Shown one piece after another: positions 17,801-24,735 of a stretch of 58,339 nt of DNA. Source of the DNA: an uncultured Burkholderiaceae bacterium. GTDB taxonomy: Bacteria > Pseudomonadota > Gammaproteobacteria > Burkholderiales > Burkholderiaceae_E. The notes under the pieces are model-generated. The model ran no database searches. It had not been told where the DNA came from and saw nothing but the letters and a program-made list of their open reading frames with translations. The position numbers and the translations under genes were made by a program. The DNA is taken from positions 1-58,339 of the forward strand of contig CAXBNM010000001.1 in assembly GCA_963976885.1 (NCBI GenBank), written 5' to 3'. How positions within the stretch are numbered: position 1 is the stretch's first letter; every line of letters begins with the position of its first letter.

Positions 17801-19622
17801 ACACTGTGCTGGTGGTGCCGTGAAGCACGATTTGCGGATTACTCTGTAAACGATGGGAGCTGACATTGATGCGTTGCGGATCGCTTATCGCGACGCCGGC
17901 AGCGTTGAAGTGGCGAACATAGACGTCGCTGTCGGACGTGAATGCTGGTATGGAATCCCAGGCAACGACGATGTTGCCACTGGCATCAAGCGCAATGCTC
18001 GGACTCGACTGATACTTGTCAAAGGATTGAAAATATTCGGTGTCTGATCCGATTTGATCCAGATTGGCGTCAAGTCTCTTGAAATACATGGCGTTGTCCA
18101 GAAAACCTTCCTGCCATGCCACGACGATCGCACCATTGTCGTTCATTGCTATTGCTGGACGTGCCAGAAAACCATGGCTGTGCACGTTGAGCTTGACTGT
18201 GTCTACCAGCCCGTTGCTGCCAATCTTCGCCAGTTCAAGATCGGGTGTTCCGGTGCCGGGGTCTTTGACGAACGCAATGACCGCCGTCTGGGTAGTGTTG
18301 TTGATGGCCACCACCGGAGTTTCATACTGTCGATTGTCGTTGGTCGACGCCAGCTGATCAGAGTTCAGCTCCTGATTGCCCTGGTCGTCAAAGGTCGCAT
18401 ACAGTATCTGGTCGTCGTCGCCGCCTTCTTCCTGCACCCACGTAATGATGAATCGTCCGTTATCGAACAGTGCGACTGCCGGTGTGCGCTGATCGTCCTT
18501 TGTTTCACGGCTGATGCGGAATTCGTACGGGTTCTCGTATACGGCGCCGCTCTTGCCAGCGCTCAGCGCGAGGCTTGGGCGGGCCATTGGTGTGCCATCT
18601 GCTGCGAAGCGCTGGGCATACAGGCCGTTGTTGTCGCCGTCCTGGTCTTCGGCCTCCCACACGACGATGAACTGTCCGCTGGCGTTCATGGCGACCACCG
18701 GGTTGGAGCGTTCCGTGCTGCCGCTTCGCGCTATTTCAGTGGCATTGCCGGTCGGCTGCCCATTGGTGTCGTACAGCCGGAAGTACACCTGATTGTTCTG
18801 ATCACTCTCCCAGACGACGACTACCGATTGGCCATTGGTGGCGATCTGATTGGCGCCGGTGGCTTCGCTGACATGTTGATTTCCTGCGGTACTCTGATTG
18901 ACTTGCTCGGTACGGGGGTTGTCGCCGAAGTTCAGGGTGCCGAGCCAGTTGTCGGTGGTCGCAGTGCTCAGGCCCGTAAAAGACTCGATGAGGCCGGTGC
19001 TGTCTTCCAGTTCCCAGTCGCCGCCCAGCGACTCATGGCCGGTGGTGTCGTTACTTGCCGCAACGTCGGCGCCGGTCAACTCGCTCAGCTCGTCGATCAG
19101 TGCCAGACCGGAGCCATCGGCGGTGAGGTCGCAGCCAAAGATCAGCAGATCGGCGTCGGTGCTCAGCAGCGGACGCCAGGAGGCAAATTGTTCGGCGAGT
19201 GCAGGCAGGGTGGTGTTTGACACCGATTGATTGCCCAACTCGAAACTGCCCGCCGCGCCATGGGTATAGATCTGTACGGATTGATATTGCTGATCGCTGC
19301 CAGTCAGGGCCTCGGTGACCGCCTGCAGGCCGTCGCTGTCTGCATCAAGCACCAGGTACTCGATCTGTACGCCGGCTTCAGCCTGGGCGGTGATGTCGGC
19401 AACGAGTGAATCCAGGTCAGGCAGGCGCTCATCGAAAACGGCCAGGGTCCAGGCATTGGCTTGCTGCTGACTTGCCGTGTTGGCGCTCTCTTGCGGTTCG
19501 GTGTGGGCGACGATGCTGGCATCTGCCGGCATCACATCAACCGGGCCGAGCAGCGCGGCGGCGTCGGCCGAATACAGGATGCGCTGGGCAACCTGTTCCG
19601 CAATGGGTGGGCGACCGCTCAA
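11847..19622 (-). CDS. Giant surface/adhesin-like protein: DUF4347, propeller-like repeats, Calx-beta-like domain, 11 cadherin-like repeats, acidic tract, C-terminal TM region
   Basis: Uninterrupted ORF 11847..19703 (2618 codons from a GTG). The preferred start is TTG at 19622: GGAG lies 8 nt upstream and the start sits 4 nt after the upstream stop. Alternative starts are GTG 19703 (77-nt overlap) and ATG 19532. The DUF4347-like segment reads LAVFDERLPDLDSLV...IYTHGAAGSFELG...LLIFGCDL...GGDWELE. The roughly 102-aa repeats follow the pattern VNEPLSAI.D.D...EN..AGT.VGITA.A.D.D.G.T.TYSL...F.ID..TGVVTV. Confidence 0.93.
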   Translation of the reverse strand: MSGRPPIAEQVAQRILYSADAAALLGPVDVMPADASIVAHTEPQESANTASQQQANAWTLAVFDERLPDLDSLVADITAQAEAGVQIEYLVLDADSDGLQAVTEALTGSDQQYQSVQIYTHGAAGSFELGNQSVSNTTLPALAEQFASWRPLLSTDADLLIFGCDLTADGSGLALIDELSELTGADVAASNDTTGHESLGGDWELEDSTGLIESFTGLSTATTDNWLGTLNFGDNPRTEQVNQSTAGNQHVSEATGANQIATNGQSVVVVWESDQNNQVYFRLYDTNGQPTGNATEIARSGSTERSNPVVAMNASGQFIVVWEAEDQDGDNNGLYAQRFAADGTPMARPSLALSAGKSGAVYENPYEFRISRETKDDQRTPAVALFDNGRFIITWVQEEGGDDDQILYATFDDQGNQELNSDQLASTNDNRQYETPVVAINNTTQTAVIAFVKDPGTGTPDLELAKIGSNGLVDTVKLNVHSHGFLARPAIAMNDNGAIVVAWQEGFLDNAMYFKRLDANLDQIGSDTEYFQSFDKYQSSPSIALDASGNIVVAWDSIPAFTSDSDVYVRHFNAAGVAISDPQRINVSSHRLQSNPQIVLHGTTSTVFYSGKSDADTQGVLLANSAFEPVSLNFDFPGGQFTVEGGNSVDFRVALSSQPTADVTITATISDPTEGTLSQATLNVTSGNWSAWQTFSVTPVEDGIIDGDIIYNITFSTAGSTDVNYQAMPDVVIPWTNRDNDSTVGAVTDSNASDAKLPENATAGTQTSITAQATDPDPDDTVTYQLISNPGNRFVIDASSGVVSVSNTASFDFENDDSHQVKIRASSTDGSFSEAFFVVSISNVPEPLSPVTDANTADANAIAENASAGTAVGLTAYAIDGDEETVSYSLTDDAGGRFAVDANTGVVTYTGNTPLQFEGVGSYQITVAATSPDDSTQQDFTIAVTDANDPVSAITDTDITEPNSVTENAGAGTLTGITAYAEDEDAGETVEYSLLDDAGGRFVIDVATGVVTVSGNTPIDYEAAQQHDIEVRAQSSGSPSDYSDRVFTINVLDANDPVSAISDADNATVNRIAENAAAGTTVGVTAAALDQDGDSVTYSLIDNAGDRFIIDANTGIITVSGNTPINFEDADTHDVTVEARSSDGSSTTKIFTISVTDIDESVGPISDADASPNTVAENSPAGTLALITAMAQDPEGETITYTLDDNAGNRFAIDGSTGVVSVVAAASLDFEAAQQHQIQVRATSTDGSFTTATFTISIANVNESVSAIADIDGTSNLIPETATGGTSVGISALAIDPDDGDTISYSLTSNPGNRFEIVDPADGTVTVNQAGSFTWTPGDDYMIVVRATSSDGTFTERTFTISVTNVNDDISAIIDANAGVDAISEDAAANTPVGITASATDPDAGDTVTYSISSNPGNLFKIADDTVGVVTVNDGASFNYENATEHTIRIRADSSDGSYSERDFTVQINNVNEPLSAIIDDDGATNSVNENASQGTLVGITAHTSDADLGQSITYTMESDPSGLFAIDGTTGVVSVATGAEINYEAPNGTQHQIQIRATSSDGSTVTRTFDIDVTNVNEPLSAIVDTDSDDANNQVLENSAAGTTVGITAHATDTDSGRTITYSLEPGSDSAFVIDANTGVVSVDSGATINYESSAQRFITVRASSDDGSTATRIFSIDVIDVNEGLSAIADLDGAANSIAENSVAGTATGITARATDTDQGRTITYSLDPDSSPLFGIDANTGVVTVSNGANIDFETSESHQITVRATSNDGSTITRTFNVAVTNVNEGLNPIIDSDATPDAVAENAVAGTPVGITVQTTDTDNGRIITYELNSNPDALFAIDANTGVVTVSDAAVFDFETDLPHQINVLARSSDGSTIQRSFTIAVSDVNEAPSSNGNTRTIDESTSAALTVADFAFADQDAYDTLSAVRIDTLPTLGTLSLNGTGVAVGQEISQASLTAGELVFTPVEHGVGSPYASFRFQVADSAGLFSTSGALLTFNVINTVDYSPTITSNNGGDSASITLPDRTTAVTTVRANDPDSPTLFYTIAGGTDAAAFNINNTSGALSFRFLPTADNPMDADGDNIYHVLVSASDGVRADTQSLRVGVAVNPDGLTAQWSGNRQIMEDQTSPWGQSLNFADPLNASVLELNLAVSSGSLSLRQTTGLTFTQGDGVADQSMRLSGSVSDIAAALLTLDYRPDQDVNGNWAAQASFIDPNDPTRSVTISTTIEIIAVNDSPSPAGSMWTSAEPGTERVLSTAVLSATDIEDDASELHFVVLNTPSQGSLLLDGVKLNTGDRFTQQQLSEGKVSYLADKATGSNDSFEIQIEDSEGGRSGVIKVGIESLQPSIVPDEPAEAPDNEVADDSATDNDDADGDDDADDEINNDGRADTPGGDSDNASGRAQAALVEDSASDGQSPIERNAQSALLAGRREIPPAVQGLSDNQESERRFDLPVDQLQTERSYGIEQVDFSSEYFSRQLQSIKDEIQAQTSFDRQIVTSSFALSSTLSIGYVLWLIRSGALLSSVLATMPAWRSIDPLPVLSNMPVAEGGTGDDESIESMLEQARQQAADDSPADAPDLASDSPRATL
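13945..17395 (-). repeat. Array of 11 in-frame tandem cadherin-like repeat units (about 306 bp each) inside the giant gene
   Basis: Eleven successive protein units are counted from GAVTDSNASDAKLPENATAGT (about 17395) to AVSDVNEAP (about 13945). The units are clearly diverged at the DNA level. Confidence 0.85.
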
Positions 19623-19626
19623 GTTT

Positions 19627-20583
19627 TCAGCTCCGTGCTGCCGGCGCTGGCCCGGTATCAAAACTGACCCGGCATCGGGCGCCTGCCGGTACCGTGAGCG
19701 CACTGTTGTCGACCAGCATCTGCGCCCGGAAGGTCGAGCTTGCCGGATCGATGAAGGCGTCGACCTGATCGACGATTGCGGTCAATTCCATCGGCTCGGC
19801 GGTCTCGGTATTGACCGTGCCGATCATGCCGGCGGCGATGCGCCCGTAGTAACGCGCGGGGGCCACCACTTCGACGCGCAGCATATCAAGGCGGATCACC
19901 CGTGCAATGGTGCGGCCATCGGCACGCTCGCCGGCGCTGACCATCTGCTCGGCCACGACGCCGTCGATCGGACTGCGCACGTAACGCTGATCCAGTTGCT
20001 GGGCGGCAACCTGATGCTCGCGGTCGGCAATGCGGTGGCGTTCACGGGCCTGCTCGATGCGATAGGTGGCGACGTCGAGCTCGCCCTCGGCCAGTTCCAG
20101 TTCGAGTTGAGCGCCGTAACTCAGTTCATTGAGTGACTTCATGCGCGCGACCTTGCGTTGGGCCATCTGATGGGTAGCCCGGGCCGCGGCGATTTCGGCA
20201 CGGGCGGCTGCGCGTGCCTCGGCTGCGAGCAGCAAGGCCTGTTCAACCGAGTTGTCGAGCACGGCCAGGATCTGACCGCGTCTGACCCGATCGCCACGCT
20301 TGACGCGCACCTCGGCAAGAATGCCGGGGGCACCGGCGCCGATATCGGCAGCGGTATGGGGCGTAATCAGACAGCCGAACCCATCCTCGGAATAGTTGCC
20401 CGATTTGCCGTGGGCCGGATTGCCGAGCTGTTTGCGGCTGGAGGCATTGGCCGGACGATTCGGCATTTCCATCGCACGCGGTGTGTCCGGGCGTGTCTGC
20501 GCGCTCGATAATCCTGTGCTCACAGCAAGCAGGCCGGAGGTGAGGGCGACGGCGATCAGGCCCGTGTGTCTGATACGGTTCAT
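19627..20583 (-). CDS. Periplasmic membrane-fusion / adaptor protein (HlyD/RND-MFP family)
   Basis: Signal peptide MNRIRHTGLIAVALTSGLLAVSTGLSSAQ. Lipoyl-like hairpin GILAEVRVKRGDRVRRGQILAVLD, a coiled-coil stretch, then VRSPIDGVVAE. It starts 13 nt after the SecA-like stop. Confidence 0.88.
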   Translation of the reverse strand: MNRIRHTGLIAVALTSGLLAVSTGLSSAQTRPDTPRAMEMPNRPANASSRKQLGNPAHGKSGNYSEDGFGCLITPHTAADIGAGAPGILAEVRVKRGDRVRRGQILAVLDNSVEQALLLAAEARAAARAEIAAARATHQMAQRKVARMKSLNELSYGAQLELELAEGELDVATYRIEQARERHRIADREHQVAAQQLDQRYVRSPIDGVVAEQMVSAGERADGRTIARVIRLDMLRVEVVAPARYYGRIAAGMIGTVNTETAEPMELTAIVDQVDAFIDPASSTFRAQMLVDNSALTVPAGARCRVSFDTGPAPAARS

Positions 20584-20596
20584 TTCTCGACTTCCA

Positions 20597-22543
20597 TTAT
20601 TGACGGCTCAGTGTAGAAAAGTGCAATTCACGCGAGTTATTGAGATCTGCCCGGAGGCGTTTGACTCTTTGTGAGCGGTCATGCCACTGCCAGAGTTGTT
20701 GTCTGAGATGCACAATGACAGCCGCCAGCGGTCGGTAACGAATGACCGGATGGAGCATCCGTAGCAGTCGACTGCTTGTGTCAGCGCGGTAATTTGCTTG
20801 TTCGTGTTGATTCAGAACACACCAGTGCTCTGCGCTGCCTGGTTCACCCTGGCGGGCCGCACGGCCCGTCATTTGCCGGTCGATTCGAGCACTGCGATTC
20901 GATTGCAGGTTCAGCACGTGCAGCCCACCGGCCTGGAGGGCCACCGAATCGGGTTTGATGTCGGTACCGCGACCGGCGATCTGGGTTGAAATGGTGATAC
21001 GGCCCGCTTTGCCGGCCTGACTTATCTGTTCGGCTTCGGTGTCGGCATTGGCGGCGTCGAGCAGATTCGCCTCAATGCCGGCGGAATTGAAGGCCAGTGC
21101 CAATGCACGGGCTTGAGCAACGTTATCGGTGCCAATCAGTACCGGCCGGCCGTGGGCGGCAAGCGTTCGGGCGCGTTGGAGAACGGCGACGCAGAGTTGT
21201 TGCTGGTTTGAAAACAGGCGATGACCGAAGTGACGCCGTTGCGAGGGCTGGTGTGGTGCTACTCGACTGACGCGCAGGCCATAGGATTTTCGGATTTCGC
21301 CGCGAACCTCATGCAAGGTCCCCGAAAGACCACACAAGTGGTGGTAGCGGGCAAAAAAGCGTGGATAACTCAGACCGCTGCGAGCGCTGGATTCGCCGGG
21401 AGGCGGCAGGGATTCCTTGGCGCAGATCAGGGCTTGCAACAGGCCGGGCAAAACCCGGCCTTCGGCAACGCGGCCGGTAGCGGCGTCGATCAAGGCGATC
21501 GATTCATCACGCACCAGGTAATCAACATCGCGGCGCAAGACGTACAAGGCGACCAGCGCATGGCTGATGACCTCGGTACGGTAGTCGGCATGAAACCAGA
21601 GCTGATCGAAACCCGGGTGCAGGGCGGCCAGGCGTTTCATTGCCTGCGGCCTGATGGTGGCACTGCGCCGTTCGGGGTGACAGTCAAAGTCCTGGCGCGG
21701 CGTCAGTTGCCCGGCCAGGGCCAGCGCCAGGGCAGGGTCGACATCAACCAGGGCCTTGGCGACCGGTTCGGCAAGGACCAGCGGAATCGACGCTTCGTCG
21801 ATCAGCAGACAATCGGCTTCATCGACAATGGCAACGCACAAACCGCGCAGCAAATGCGACGGCGTGCCAGGCGGATCGGCGGCTTCCTTGCTGTCCTGAT
21901 CGCGCAGGTAATCAAAGGCGCAGGTTTTGGCGGTCGCATAACACACGGCCTGCTGCCAGGCCTGGCGTCGTTGCGGCGGCGTCATGGTGGCGGTGGCGGC
22001 GGCGCAGTTCAGCCCCAGTGCTGCAAAAAAGTCCTGATGGTCGGCGGCATCACGGCTGGCCAGATAGTCATTGGCGGTGAGTACATGGACCGGTGCTCCG
22101 GTCATGGCCAGCACCGCCGCGGCCAGCGCCGCGGCCAGGGTCTTGCCCTCACCGGTAGCCAACTCGACCAATTGCTGGTTCAGGAGCAGGGCTGCGGTGG
22201 TGAACTGATTCGGATGAGGGCTGAGTCCGCGGGTGCGCGCATAGTGCTGGGCAACACAGGCCAGCGCAAGCGCACAGCTTGCTTCGTTCAAACCGAGACG
22301 GGCCAGCGCCCAGCGCACACGGCTGCTATTGATCGGGGCGCCGCCGGCCAGTTGCAAAGCCCGCCGGGCGACCCGGTGCGGGTTGCGCAGCGGTTGGCGG
22401 CGAGCGCGTACCGGATAGTCGGTTTCGCGGGCTTGCGGGTAGACACCCCACACGGGGCCGGGCACGGCCGGGCGGCAGGGGCGTTGGCGACGCGATGACG
22501 CTTGGGCCGGCGGGCGGAGCCGGGGGGCGGTCAGTGTGCTCAT
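20597..22543 (-). CDS. SecA-like DEAD-motor ATPase lacking the SecA C-terminal scaffold/wing/CTL domains
   Basis: LVELATGEGKTLAAALAAAVLAMTGAPVHVLTANDYLASRDA matches the SecA NBD1 Walker A region. VAIVDEADCLLIDEASIPLV is the Walker B / DEAD motif. DYLVRDESIALIDAATGRV is PPXD-like. LSGTLHE...PVLIGTDNV...GRGTDIKP...GGLHVLN...RIDRQMTGRAARQGEPG is NBD2. The protein ends about 50 aa after NBD2. ATGA overlap with the upstream gene (22540-22543). Confidence 0.88.
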   Translation of the reverse strand: MSTLTAPRLRPPAQASSRRQRPCRPAVPGPVWGVYPQARETDYPVRARRQPLRNPHRVARRALQLAGGAPINSSRVRWALARLGLNEASCALALACVAQHYARTRGLSPHPNQFTTAALLLNQQLVELATGEGKTLAAALAAAVLAMTGAPVHVLTANDYLASRDAADHQDFFAALGLNCAAATATMTPPQRRQAWQQAVCYATAKTCAFDYLRDQDSKEAADPPGTPSHLLRGLCVAIVDEADCLLIDEASIPLVLAEPVAKALVDVDPALALALAGQLTPRQDFDCHPERRSATIRPQAMKRLAALHPGFDQLWFHADYRTEVISHALVALYVLRRDVDYLVRDESIALIDAATGRVAEGRVLPGLLQALICAKESLPPPGESSARSGLSYPRFFARYHHLCGLSGTLHEVRGEIRKSYGLRVSRVAPHQPSQRRHFGHRLFSNQQQLCVAVLQRARTLAAHGRPVLIGTDNVAQARALALAFNSAGIEANLLDAANADTEAEQISQAGKAGRITISTQIAGRGTDIKPDSVALQAGGLHVLNLQSNRSARIDRQMTGRAARQGEPGSAEHWCVLNQHEQANYRADTSSRLLRMLHPVIRYRPLAAVIVHLRQQLWQWHDRSQRVKRLRADLNNSRELHFSTLSRQ

Positions 22544-24735
22544 GACCAGCCCGGCGCCAGGCGCGTGTTGAATGTATGGCCGAGACTGCGCGCCGCTTGC
22601 AGCAGCGCACTGGTATAGCCGAAATCCAGCCGGACCCAGACTCGCTGACCCGGTACCAGTGAATTACCTGCTTGCGCGGGCAGCTTGAGATCGAGCTGAA
22701 AGGTGGGCGCCGCCGGGCGCAAGGCTGCGTCGGTGGTGCGGTCCAGTTCCACCGAGCCGCCAGCGCTGGCGGCAAACGCCTCGGCGGGCAGGGTGCTCAG
22801 TGCGGCGGGGGTAAAGCCACTGACCTCGGCCCGAACCGGCTTGGTGTTGTCGCGCGTGGCAAGCCGCGCCCAGATCGCGGGCTGGCCAGTCTGCCACTGC
22901 GGTAACAAGCGTGCCGCCTGGCTTGCATCGAGCATCGCCCGCAACTGCACCTGGCCTGGCGGCGGCGCTATGCCCAGAAGTTCACCGGCGGCCACGAAGC
23001 GGCCCGGCAAGTCGCTCGCGGGCGCAATGAGTCGGAACCGATCTGCGGTAGCCGGCTCGCGCACGCGGACCGTGAGTTGCTCGCGGCGCTCGCGCAGTTG
23101 GGTCAGGGTACGTTCGGCCTGGCGCAGCGATTCCGGATTGCTCCGCTGCGCGGCCGGCTCGGCCATGTTGCTGATCCATTGGCTGCGCGCTGCGTTAACG
23201 ACACCGCTCTGAACGCCGATGCGCGCATCAAGGAGCGGGTCGTGCATTTGCACGAGTGCTTGATTGTCGGTCTGAGCAGAGGCCGCGTCGCCGTGTACCG
23301 CGACAATATAGCCGGGTTGGCGGGCGCGTATGCGGGCGTCATCGGGCAGCCAGACGACCGCTTGTGCCAGGGAACGATCGGGCAGTGGCAGCAGCGCTGC
23401 GCCGAGCAGGGCACCGGCCAGCAATCCGGCGCGCAGGCCGAGTGTGGCGTTGCGGCCCGGCGAGCCGGTCAGTTGCAGTGCGCCGCGCAGCAGGCGCACC
23501 ACAGGCATGACGAACAGCATCAATATCGCCATCGCCATCAGTGCCAGCCCGGCAGCCCGAAAGTGGCTGCCGATCCAAAGCGCGAAGGTCGTGAGAATCG
23601 CCACGCGATAACACCAGGCAAGTGGCGCGTAGGCCAGCTGCCAGTATCGTTCAGTGGCATCGCAGGCCGGCATTGGCTGCGACACGCCGGTCAGCAGACG
23701 TAACCATCCCTGATGCCAGCGTTGATTGCTGCGTTCGCTCAGATTGGCCAGGCCGGTCAGATCGGTGAGGACATAGTAGCCATCGAAGCGAATGAGCGGA
23801 TTGCCGTTGAGAAAAACCGTCATTACGCTGCCGATCAGTGCTACCGCCAGCATCAGTTCGCGCCAGAGGCCGTCGGCCAGCAAGGTCCAGGCAATCAACG
23901 CCAGACTGGCCAGCAGCAGTTCGACGACGATGCCGGCGGCACTGACCGCGGCACGTTGTCGACCCGAAGTCAGCAGGTTGGCGTCACTGGCATCGACATA
24001 GGGGGCGGGCATCAGCATCAGCAGCGCGACGCCAAGTTCGCGGGTAGTGCCACCGAAATGGCGCAAAGTGATGCCGTGCGCCAATTCATGAATGATCTTG
24101 ACGAAGGGGTAGGCACACCAGAGCAGCAACCAGAATGACGGCCGGGCTGTCGCTTCGGAGATGGCCGGCGCCAGGGTGTCGAATTGCTGCAGCGCGCAGA
24201 GCAATGCCAGAGCGACGATCAGCGCTGCGCTGGCCAGTGCCCACGGACCCATCAGGTGACCGCCAAGGGCGTGCAAGCGTTCGATCAGTGCCGAGGGGTC
24301 GGCCAGGCGCCAGCGCGGTGCCAGCAGGTTGTGTTGCTGGCGCCGCGCCGCGGCGGTGTCTTCATCCCATTGTTGCTGGCGTTGGTCGAGATCGGGCCAG
24401 CTTTCGCAGTGCAGATAGCCTTGTCTTACCAGGCGGGCCAGAATCGGCATCAGTGCTTGCTGAGCCGGTAATTCGTCGGGCTGATGGCTGGCAACCCATT
24501 GCCAGATTTCATTGAGCGTGCGTTGCCCATCGCAACGCGCCACGATCGCCCAGGCCGCCTGATTCAAACGCAGCTGACCGCGTTGCTCGGGCCGGCTGAG
24601 CATGATCCAATGGGCGCCGCGCATGCGCTGCGCGGTAATCCGCACCTGGCGGACCAGGGCAGGTTTCAGGCTGCTCAGCCGGTACCATTGCGGGCTGTAC
24701 AGGCTGGTGGGGGCATCGGAGCGGGTCATCACCAT
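22540..24735 (-). CDS. Fusion protein: PqqD/RRE-like N-domain, polytopic M50-type zinc metalloprotease core, HlyD-like C-terminal region
   Basis: N-terminal segment LRLNQAAWAIVARCDGQRTLNEIWQWV...ILARLVRQGYL follows the PqqD pattern. Multiple TM helices carry HELAHG (HExxH) and NGNPLIRFDGYY (the M50 NxxPxxxLDG-type motif). The C-terminal third resembles an MFP barrel. Candidate starts are ATG 24735, ATG 24729 and GTG 24753; all overlap the upstream stop at 24729-24731. Confidence 0.85.
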   Translation of the reverse strand: MVMTRSDAPTSLYSPQWYRLSSLKPALVRQVRITAQRMRGAHWIMLSRPEQRGQLRLNQAAWAIVARCDGQRTLNEIWQWVASHQPDELPAQQALMPILARLVRQGYLHCESWPDLDQRQQQWDEDTAAARRQQHNLLAPRWRLADPSALIERLHALGGHLMGPWALASAALIVALALLCALQQFDTLAPAISEATARPSFWLLLWCAYPFVKIIHELAHGITLRHFGGTTRELGVALLMLMPAPYVDASDANLLTSGRQRAAVSAAGIVVELLLASLALIAWTLLADGLWRELMLAVALIGSVMTVFLNGNPLIRFDGYYVLTDLTGLANLSERSNQRWHQGWLRLLTGVSQPMPACDATERYWQLAYAPLAWCYRVAILTTFALWIGSHFRAAGLALMAMAILMLFVMPVVRLLRGALQLTGSPGRNATLGLRAGLLAGALLGAALLPLPDRSLAQAVVWLPDDARIRARQPGYIVAVHGDAASAQTDNQALVQMHDPLLDARIGVQSGVVNAARSQWISNMAEPAAQRSNPESLRQAERTLTQLRERREQLTVRVREPATADRFRLIAPASDLPGRFVAAGELLGIAPPPGQVQLRAMLDASQAARLLPQWQTGQPAIWARLATRDNTKPVRAEVSGFTPAALSTLPAEAFAASAGGSVELDRTTDAALRPAAPTFQLDLKLPAQAGNSLVPGQRVWVRLDFGYTSALLQAARSLGHTFNTRLAPGWS

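Noticed and set aside
12147-19220. Many plus-strand ORFs of 60-390 aa (e.g. 18054..19220, 16224..16769, 15915..16202) inside the giant gene
   Set aside because: All are antisense to a single uninterrupted 7.8-kb frame with a periodic domain structure. They partly mirror the repeat periodicity, as expected for shadow frames.
11847-19703. Calling the giant protein a classical T1SS/RTX substrate
   Set aside because: I saw no tandem GGxGxD repeats, only a single GGTGDD near the C-terminus. No ABC transporter or TolC gene is in the window. The point is kept as an open question rather than an annotation.
21221-22498. 425-aa plus-strand ORF opposite the SecA-like gene
   Set aside because: It has no motifs and is Gly/Arg/Gln-rich, whereas the minus-strand frame carries the collinear SecA motor motifs.
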